Below are positions 49,621 through 56,455 of a stretch of 64,000 bases of DNA, one piece after another; within the stretch, counting starts at the first letter, position 1, and each line of letters opens with the position of its first letter. The DNA lies in IMG/VR virus record IMGVR_UViG_3300037470_000856, positions 77,030 to 141,029 of that record. One strand, 5' to 3'. A program made the position numbers and the translations under genes. This DNA comes from a virus. Below the pieces are notes generated by a model. The model did not search any database, had not been told where the DNA came from, and was given only the letters and a program-made list of their open reading frames with translations.

Positions 49621-50163
49621 CTACGAGTCCACTCCGCGACGTCGTCGACGCTTCTTGGAAACGCGCTCCGCGAACTCTTCCCCGTAGTACCACGTCAATT
49701 CTTCGTCCTTCTTGATCGTCCGCGCTGCCCAGAAGTGGTAGTTCTCGTCCATCTCGAGATTGGGGTCGTCGAAGTGGTTGAGGAACCGGAACTCGTTGGT
49801 CCCGACGCGCCAGCCCGTCGGCTCGGCGGCGGGGTCCTCCTCGTCGTAGTTGTAGATGACGTAGCGCTCGTTACTCCGCGTCACGTCGCCATCGTCCACA
49901 CCCTCGTACGTTCCCACGTAGGTGCCCTTTCGGATGTACTGGCCCGCGAAGACGCCGCGCTCGTGGATGGGGGACGTGGCGACGTAGACGACGCACCGGG
50001 TCTTCTCGATCTCCTCTTGGAGAATCGACACTGCCTGCATGATGCAGGTCTCGCAGATGGTCGGGCCCTCCCGGAGCGTCCTCCCGTGGCGCCACAGGGT
50101 CGTATGGTTTCGCGAGGTCGACCGATCGCAGAACGAGCAGGCGGGCTTGGGCGCCTTGGCCAT
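49621..50163 (-). CDS. SET-domain protein with ClpX-type C4 zinc finger
   Basis: CSFC...ICETC; SPIHERGVFA...YEG...RFLNH..DPN...IKKDEELTWYYG. Confidence 0.85.
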   Translation of the reverse strand: MAKAPKPACSFCDRSTSRNHTTLWRHGRTLREGPTICETCIMQAVSILQEEIEKTRCVVYVATSPIHERGVFAGQYIRKGTYVGTYEGVDDGDVTRSNERYVIYNYDEEDPAAEPTGWRVGTNEFRFLNHFDDPNLEMDENYHFWAARTIKKDEELTWYYGEEFAERVSKKRRRRRGVDS

Positions 50164-50349
50164 GACCAGACACCTTACCGGGGTAGGGTGCATCGTGTCG
50201 CGAAGGAAACGCAGGGGGAGCGGGACGGCGTCACGGAAGCGTGACCGAGATCTTGTTGCCCGCTACGAGTGTCTCGGATGCGGTCGGAAGTGGGGCGAGA
50301 GTCTCGACGAGCTGCAACGGATGCGGGCCGACGGGAGTCTTCCCTCGAC

Positions 50350-50665
50350 CTACTCGGGAACGAACTGCTCCTGCAGACACCCTTGGAAACGTCTCCCCGA
50401 CGGCGCTGCTTTCGTGGCCGAGCCGGGTCCGTCGGGAACTTCGAGACCGCAAGCACAACACCTCGGCACGACAAGGTCATCGTCCATCACCCCGTGGCAC
50501 CCTTCCGCTCCGCATCGTCGAAAGTCGAAAGCCCAGTCGTCAGAATCGTCGGCCGTCGCCGGCCACACCTTCTTCGCGACTTCCCTCCCCTCCACACGGT
50601 CGAGTTGCAGGAGGTTCGTGAAGAACTGGGTGAAGAACTGGGCGAAGATCTCGATCTTGGTCATC
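50350..50665 (-). CDS. hypothetical protein
   Basis: MTKIEIFAQFF..., AAAGGA RBS; Cys-rich. Confidence 0.4.
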
Positions 50666-50677
50666 GTGGTCGTCCTT

Positions 50678-51112
50678 TCAGACCGCGTAGCCTTCTTCGG
50701 GTGCGTCGTCTCTGTCTCCCACGAGCCACTCCAGGACGTCCACAAGACCACCGTAGATGATGCGCACGCGCTCCTGCTGTGCCAACGCAGCTGCAGCGAG
50801 GCGATGGTGGCCATCGAGGACGACGGGGTACGGCAGGATGCGGCCGCCTTCGCACACATTGTCCACTTCGATCGGGTCCGGAGGGATGTCCTCGCGCATC
50901 GCGTCGAGGAAGAAACGGATGCGGCCGTAGTCGTAGCTGCCGAAACCGGCGGGACGCTTCCACGGGTCCACGTGCTTGCGTCGAACGGAGTGGGCAAGCA
51001 CCTTCTCGAGGCGGGGCCATTCCTCCGCCCGCCACCCAAGAACCGCGAAGGGGTCCACGTGCTTGAGGAGCCGGCCGGTGAGGGTCTCGTAGACGCCGTC
51101 GGACTCACTCAT
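50678..51112 (-). CDS. ParB/Srx N-terminal-domain-like protein
   Basis: PDPIEV...VVLDGHHRLAAA. Confidence 0.65.
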   Translation of the reverse strand: MSESDGVYETLTGRLLKHVDPFAVLGWRAEEWPRLEKVLAHSVRRKHVDPWKRPAGFGSYDYGRIRFFLDAMREDIPPDPIEVDNVCEGGRILPYPVVLDGHHRLAAAALAQQERVRIIYGGLVDVLEWLVGDRDDAPEEGYAV

Positions 51113-51282
51113 CGGGGAGGAACTCCACCCGGGCCGTAGGGCCATGCTTGACCAAGTTGTACTCGTCTTGGAAGTGCCCCTTCTCGTCCGCGAAGTCCAC
51201 GATCTCGAGGAGGAGCTTCTTGATGATCCCCTTGGCGTCCCAAGGAACCCCTGAGCGTGTTCGCGTTACACCAGGCCCGTTC

Positions 51283-51348
51283 TGCGAACAGAGGTGGTTT
51301 CGATCCACGCACGGCCTTCGTGGCCACCACTGACCTCAGCTTGCTCGC
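51283..51348 (-). ncRNA. small tRNA-like element (degenerate)
   Basis: terminal stem GCGAGCA/TGTTCGC, hairpin GGCC-ACGAA-GGCC, T-like arm GTGG-ATCGAAA-CCAC; no proper D arm. Confidence 0.35.
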
Positions 51349-51352
51349 ATAG

Positions 51353-51436
51353 TGCTCGAAAGGGGAGTCGAACCCCCACGGTGTTTCCACCACACGGATC
51401 TGAACCGTGCGCGTCTGCCAATTCCGCCATCCGAGC
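51353..51436 (-). tRNA. tRNA-Leu(CAG), CCA not encoded
   Basis: anticodon arm CACGG-TTCAGAT-CCGTG, long variable arm, GGTTCGACTCC. Confidence 0.92.
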
Positions 51437-51579
51437 AAACTCTGGGTGTCCCCAGAGAATCAAGAACACCCAGGATTTTCACCCGCCTCGGTCTGTAGAG
51501 GACCAGCTGCCCACAGGGCGCCCTGCGGAGTCGCCCCTACGGTCTGCGAACTTCGGGAGCAGTTGCCAGTTGTGTTGCA

Positions 51580-51664
51580 TGGTGCCGACGGAGGGAATCG
51601 AACCCCCAAGGATTGCTCCACACGATCCTTAGTCGTGCGCGTTTGCCAGTTTCGCCACGTCGGC
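51580..51664 (-). tRNA. tRNA-Leu(AAG)
   Basis: anticodon arm CACGA-CTAAGGA-TCGTG, variable arm, ends ACCA. Confidence 0.9.
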
Positions 51665-51670
51665 AAGTTC

Positions 51671-51815
51671 TGAACAAGAGGAGTGATGGGGATGAGATTG
51701 CTACGCGCTCTACCAACTGAGCTACTTCCCCGTGAAGTGGGGAAGGCAGGACTCGAACCTACGACCTCGGGTTCCGTATACCGATGCTTATGATCTCCAT
51801 CGGTTCTCTCGTTCA
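51671..51815 (-). ncRNA. YrlA-type Y RNA (permuted tRNA-like module)
   Basis: T arm GTAGG-TTCGAGT-CCTGC precedes the closed acceptor hairpin CTTCCCC-ACTTCAC-GGGGAAG and then the D arm TAGCTC-AGTTGGTA-GAGC; outer stem TGAACGAGAG/CTCTTGTTCA. Confidence 0.75.
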
Positions 51816-51818
51816 TAG

Positions 51819-51893
51819 TCGGGATGACAGGACGCGAACCTGCGACCCCCTGTCCCCCAGACAGGTGCGCTAGCCAGACTACGCCACATCCCG
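51819..51893 (-). tRNA. tRNA-Pro(GGG), CCA not encoded
   Basis: CCTGT-CTGGGGG-ACAGG; acceptor CGGGATG/CATCCCG. Confidence 0.9.
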
Positions 51894-52126
51894 ATGGTTT
51901 TTCTTCGCGGATCTCTTGGCCGCCTTCGCCTCTTGCTTCTCCTTTCGTCTCCGGTTTCTCAGATGGGGGTTGGCTTCTTCTGCGGCCGCGCAGCGGGCTC
52001 GCTGCTCGACCAGGAACGCTTCGACTTCCTCTGGGTGGGACCCTTCTCGAGCCCACTCAACGAGGCGGATAAAGACGCCTCCGCGTCGTCCAGGTGATGA
52101 TGTCTGCCATGTCGTTCCTCGCTTCT

Positions 52127-52377
52127 TGGGGAGCATGACCGGAATCGAACCGGCGTAGAGTCAGAGTCCAATTTTGGGGAAACGCGTTTCACCTACGATA
52201 ACAGCTTGGTCGCAGGCCGACCCGAGCCTCAAACCCTGGACAGCTCTTTCACTCCGTACTTCCTTTCGGCATCCCCCTTGGGACCTGTCCGTTTTCGGGA
52301 GCTTCCAATCTGACTCTCCTTGTGGGAACCCTGGTCCGTTTTTACAGGGCGCCCTTCCATCGCGGGCTGCATGCTCC
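52127..52377 (-). ncRNA. 251-nt tRNA-framed structured RNA of unknown class
   Basis: 8-bp acceptor GGAGCATG/CATGCTCC + CCA, D-like arm, T arm GCCGG-TTCGATT-CCGGT, large insert closed by AGAGTCAGA/TCTGACTCT. Confidence 0.6.
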
Positions 52378-52419
52378 ATAGGGTTGTGGATGATGGTGTC
52401 GTCTCCTCGTGGTGGTCTT

Positions 52420-52497
52420 TGGTCGGGGCGACAGGACTCGAACCTGCGACCTCGTGCTCCCGAAGCACGCGCTCTAGCCAGACTGAGCTACGCCCCG
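52420..52497 (-). tRNA. tRNA-Pro(CGG)
   Basis: CGTGC-TTCGGGA-GCACG; ends ACCA. Confidence 0.95.
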
Positions 52498-52636
52498 ATG
52501 TACTTGCTGTCGTTTGCTGCTCGCACTCTTTTGTTCGCGATGGCGGCCGCGTTGCTGAGGAGACCAGCCCCTCGGCGGTACGCGGAGACCCAAGGGGTTC
52601 TCCAGGATCTCTCCCATGCCTTCATCTTCTTCACCG

Positions 52637-52712
52637 TGGCACCCAAGGCGGGAATCGAACCCGCGACCTCTCGGTTCGCAACCGAACGCTCTTTCCCCTG
52701 AGCTACCTGGGT
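52637..52712 (-). tRNA. tRNA-Arg(GCG)
   Basis: TTCGG-TTGCGAA-CCGAG; ends GCCA. Confidence 0.88.
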
Positions 52713-52731
52713 AAGTGGTTGTGCTGGATCA

Positions 52732-52807
52732 TGGCGTTCCCGGCAGGACTCGAACCTGCGACCCCCCGCTTCGGAGGCGAGTACTCTTCCAACTGAGCTA
52801 CGAGAAC
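52732..52807 (-). tRNA. tRNA-Arg(CCG)
   Basis: CTCGC-CTCCGAA-GCGGG; ends GCCA. Confidence 0.92.
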
Positions 52808-52808
52808 A

Positions 52809-52870
52809 TGGCACCCCCGGAAGGATTCGAACCTCCGACCCCACCGTCCGTAGCGGTGTGCTCTTCCGCT
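52809..52870 (-). pseudogene. 5'-truncated tRNA-Arg(ACG)
   Basis: intact anticodon arm CACCG-CTACGGA-CGGTG, T arm and 3' acceptor + CCA, but no 5' acceptor strand or 5' D stem. Confidence 0.75.
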
Positions 52871-52909
52871 TGACACACTTCTCCCGTGATCGTGAAACTT
52901 CGACCTTCT

Positions 52910-52984
52910 TGGTCGGGGTGAGAGGAATCGAACCTCCGACCTGATGGACCCAAACCACCCGCTCTGCCCCTGAGCTACACCCCG
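52910..52984 (-). tRNA. tRNA-Pro(TGG)
   Basis: GGTGG-TTTGGGT-CCATC; ends ACCA. Confidence 0.93.
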
Positions 52985-53284
52985 TCTTCGCGGTTTCTTG
53001 GGCTTAAACGACCGAGGGCGGTGCCCCCTCTGGTCCCGCCCTCGCCCGATGTCCGCCTATGTGCCCCTGCTAAGGGGATAGGACATCGGGCCGTCGCGGG
53101 AGTCGACGCCGCAGGCACACGGGGAGCAGGCCCAGACCACGAAGTGGTTGGGTGAGGCTCGACCCGGTCTTGGTGCTGACGGCGTTCATTGGAAACTCCA
53201 GTAGGAGGACTACGACCCCTCAGACGAGAAGTCAAGAGGACGCTTCACTTTTTCTTCTATCCGGGTTCCTTGGAGGAGGCCGGA

Positions 53285-53941
53285 ATTCCGTCTCGAAATC
53301 TCAGCGCTCGGCGAGTGGCGTCGCTCTGGCTCCAAGCCCAAGCTCGAGGGCTTTCCTCAGACGCGGTGGTCTACACGTTCGTGGACCCGGAGTCTCTTGC
53401 TTCGATCCGACAAAGGGGGCTCCTCTCCGGCGAATTGATTGCGAAGTCTCCGTCGCTCCTCGCGCTTGCGCGTCCCAATGCGAAAGACCGAGCGACTTGG
53501 TTGAAGACCTACCATGCTCTGCACGAGGACCCCAAGAGCAACGTCATTTTCAAAGGCCCAAGCGTCTTCTTTTCGAAGCCAGACTTCTCGAGCATGAGCC
53601 CAGGGCACCCCATCCGTAAGCGGCACCTGCTCCCCGTCCGCGTGCGCCTCGGAGAGTTGCTTCGCGACCACCCTGAGATCCAAGTCTTGGGAGTGGAGTT
53701 GAAGCCCTACCGCAAGGACATGACCGACGAGGAATTCGCACGCCGCGAGCATATCCTAACGCCGACCGAGATTGCAGGGTTCATCCGACAGAGTCCCGCG
53801 TCGCTCTGGCGCCACCACAACCGACGGGACACGACACACTACGCCAGCGACGTCCCGCATGGGATCGTCCTCACTCCTCGGATCGCTCCCCGCTACCTGA
53901 TCTTCCCAGCAGAGCACGGACACGAGTCAGAACTTCCGTAG
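53285..53941 (+). CDS. hypothetical protein, possible ADP-ribosyltransferase-like fold, with RVASLWL motif (start uncertain, possibly ATT)
   Basis: VYTFVDPESLASIRQRGLLS resembles the DarT/Tpt1-type (Y)HxT..NL.SI...GL.S opening; the clearest plus-strand gene in the window. Confidence 0.55.
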   Translation: MPSRNLSARRVASLWLQAQARGLSSDAVVYTFVDPESLASIRQRGLLSGELIAKSPSLLALARPNAKDRATWLKTYHALHEDPKSNVIFKGPSVFFSKPDFSSMSPGHPIRKRHLLPVRVRLGELLRDHPEIQVLGVELKPYRKDMTDEEFARREHILTPTEIAGFIRQSPASLWRHHNRRDTTHYASDVPHGIVLTPRIAPRYLIFPAEHGHESELP

Positions 53942-54260
53942 CACTCCCTTCCGCGTCTACGACGTGGGCGTCCAAATGCGCCGCGACACGTCGGAAGCGC
54001 TCACGGTAGTCCTGAAGAGACTCAAGCGTGTGGAACTCCTCCGTCAGGTCCGCACCGCGCTCTGCAAGGCGTCACTGGCTGGTCTCCGGCGCGCAGTCCA
54101 GGACCACGTAGACCTCTCCTGGTACTGGTGTCAGCGGGACGCTGGAGTCGGTAGCCTTCGTGGGAAGACCACGATCAGACACCTCGATGCCGAGTTCACG
54201 CAACGCGGTGACAAGTGTGGTCTTCCCGGTGCCGTCGTTCCCATCGACGACTACTTTTTG
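53871..54260 (-). pseudogene. nucleoside-monophosphate kinase-like P-loop gene with in-frame TGA
   Basis: VVVDGNDGTGKTT...DR...VVLDCAPETSQ*RLAERG...VVDAEGS; stop at 54072-54074 interrupts an otherwise continuous frame. Confidence 0.55.
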
Positions 54261-54661
54261 AGCATCTTGCACAGGAATTTCCACTTCTCAAGCACTTCCT
54301 CGTGGGAGCCCCCAGCTCGCCACACGTCCTTGTCGAACTCGCCCATGTCGAAGTGGCGGTAGCGTCCGCAGTCTTGGCTGATCTCTCCGAACACCGTGTG
54401 CCCGTCGGCGGAGATGAACAGGCACAGATCGTAGATCACGACGTCGCGCGTGGAGAGGAACTCTTGCAGCGCATCGAACGTTCGGATGACAGTGGCTCGA
54501 GCCGCTTGGGTGTCGATCCACCAGTCGGCGATGTCTTCGGGCATCACCTCGTCCGCCAAGCGCTTGCCCGTCACCGGGTGTTCAAAGGGATTGCGCCAGT
54601 CGAAGCGCACGATCGTGTGCGGGTAGGCATCCATGTCCTGGAACGAGGCTGCTTCGAACAT
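54251..54661 (-). pseudogene. SAICAR synthetase (PurC)-like C-terminal fragment
   Basis: IVRFDWRNP...GEISQDCGRYR...FDKDVWR resembles PurC EISPD..R.W...DKD.FR; N-terminal half missing. Confidence 0.55.
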
Positions 54662-54751
54662 CGAACCCCCACATCCAGTGGACGAACTACGATGAGTTCT
54701 CGCCGCGCCTCTTCGGAGACGCGGGTCGAACTAGTGGAGAGCACTGACGGC

Positions 54752-55243
54752 TCAGAGGCGTCCACGCTCCCGGAGGTACCTCGACCAGACGGTGTACTTG
54801 CGGGTCTCTCTGTCCCTGAACCCCCACGTCCCCACGTACTTGCCCGTGACGAACAGGGTCCACGTCGAGGCCCCGTGTAGCCGGACGACGCGGTGGTAGT
54901 CGTCGCGCCGGATGACGTTCACGCGTCCCGGGCCGAGCTTCCTGACGCCCACGCCGTCGCCGACGAACCGCTCCTCGTCATAGCCCCCCACGAGCAGCAG
55001 CGAGTAGGACGTGCTCCAGGGGTGGTTGTGCAGGTCCCGGTCCTCGTCGGGCTGCTTGAACTCGTGCAGGTACACAACGAAGGGGAGCCACGCGAGACGT
55101 GCCTTGGTCCCCTCAGGCCAGTGCCCCAGGACGCCGTCGTCCCCAAAGACGTAGTGGCGCATGAGGTACTCGCCGCCTTCGCAGTAGATGACGCGCAGCG
55201 GACAGCGTCGAGCGCACCAGCGGACAAACTTGTCGAGGACCAC
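54752..55243 (-). CDS. cupin-fold hypothetical protein
   Basis: YLHEF..PD.DRDLHNHPW...GGYDEE...YHRV...WTLFVTG...WGF. Confidence 0.7.
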   Translation of the reverse strand: MVLDKFVRWCARRCPLRVIYCEGGEYLMRHYVFGDDGVLGHWPEGTKARLAWLPFVVYLHEFKQPDEDRDLHNHPWSTSYSLLLVGGYDEERFVGDGVGVRKLGPGRVNVIRRDDYHRVVRLHGASTWTLFVTGKYVGTWGFRDRETRKYTVWSRYLRERGRL

Positions 55244-55248
55244 GGCGA

Positions 55249-56418
55249 CTACTCCACGGCGCTCTCGAGCACGTCGAGGAGGAGCGCGTCGATCTTGGCC
55301 ACCTCGGGAGACTTCCTGAGGGTGCTCGTCTCGTACGCGCTGCCGATCTCGGCCTGGAGATCCTCGGCCTGATCCATCAACTCGTCGTAGCTCCACTGGC
55401 CGTCCCGAATCGCCATGAGCTCCTCGGCGTCGGGTCGACGCACGCGGATGGTGTGGTCGCGCAGGATCTCGAGCCCCGTGCGCAGCAGCCGGATGAGGTG
55501 CGACGCGTGCTTCGTATCGTATCCGTACTTGGCCTCGAGCTCGGCGCGTACCTCGTTTCGCTCCGTCTTCCACATCGTGTACTGCTGCCAGTGCTTGAGC
55601 GCGGACCGGTAGCGGCGCTCCTGCCTGATCGCGTAGAGCACGTCCTGCGACAGGCCGATGCTCGCTCCCCCGAGTTCGTACACCCTCTCGTCGAGCAGGT
55701 CGTCCCTGCAGAACAGAAGGGTCGCGTGGAAATCCCGGACGCGGTTCATTAACGAGTCGAGCACCGGACCCTCGAGCAGATCCTCGAAACCGTCGGTCAG
55801 CTTCCAGCGCACGGTGATCTTCTTGACCGCCTCGTCAATCTGGTTGCGCACGTCCGCCGACAGCACCGACTCCTCGGGGAGGTCGTAGTCGCCCCGGCTC
55901 GGAGGAGCCTTCGGCGGGTTGAGGAGCCACTCGCGATGTCCCTTGATGCGCTTGAGTTGCGACATCGCGTAGCCCGTGTAGCTATGGCGACACTTCTTGG
56001 AGAGGAAGAGGTCGCGCCCCTCCACGATCCGGTCCCACGCGTCCGCCCACGAGAACAGCACGTCGCGCTCGTCGAGAAACAGGAGCTCGAGCACGTTCGG
56101 GTTGTTGTTCGCGGCGAGGGCGACGAGTTTCGTCAAGGAAAAAATGCACAGGTCGATCTCGCCATCGCGGGTGTACGAGGCCCCGGCCGTGGGATGGTTG
56201 GCGAGTTTGGCAATCGCGACCTTGGACGTCTCGCCCCACGATCCCGCCTGCTTGGCGGCCGTGTACTGCTCAAAGTTGCGGAAGAAGCTGTCCCGTACGT
56301 CACGCGGGGGGATGGCCGCTCCTCGGACGTCCACGTCCGACGTCGGCCGGGCCATGCCGTAGGCGTGGGATCCCGTGACGGCCAGAAAGATGGTGTGCTT
56401 GTCTACGTCGAAGTGCAT
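55249..56418 (-). CDS. Pol-beta superfamily nucleotidyltransferase (YcgL/RlaP-like)
   Basis: GSHAYG..PTSDVDVRG, NNPNVLELLF, GYAMSQ, YDTKHASHLIRLL, IRDG. Confidence 0.85.
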   Translation of the reverse strand: MHFDVDKHTIFLAVTGSHAYGMARPTSDVDVRGAAIPPRDVRDSFFRNFEQYTAAKQAGSWGETSKVAIAKLANHPTAGASYTRDGEIDLCIFSLTKLVALAANNNPNVLELLFLDERDVLFSWADAWDRIVEGRDLFLSKKCRHSYTGYAMSQLKRIKGHREWLLNPPKAPPSRGDYDLPEESVLSADVRNQIDEAVKKITVRWKLTDGFEDLLEGPVLDSLMNRVRDFHATLLFCRDDLLDERVYELGGASIGLSQDVLYAIRQERRYRSALKHWQQYTMWKTERNEVRAELEAKYGYDTKHASHLIRLLRTGLEILRDHTIRVRRPDAEELMAIRDGQWSYDELMDQAEDLQAEIGSAYETSTLRKSPEVAKIDALLLDVLESAVE

Positions 56419-56455
56419 GACGGTCTCTCCCGTGGGAGCCGACTGTTGTACCCCA

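Noticed and set aside
50195-51139. Plus-strand gene starting MSRRKRR
   Set aside because: A plausible -10 box and a CxxC start exist, but the frame runs antisense through two minus-strand genes and cannot be delimited
52127-52377. tmRNA or tRNA-Sec call
   Set aside because: No G3-U70 pair, no recognisable tag reading frame, shorter than typical tmRNA, no UCA anticodon
54072-54074. Genome-wide stop-codon reassignment
   Set aside because: TGA and TAG both end conserved genes normally and long genes are uninterrupted; no suppressor tRNA seen
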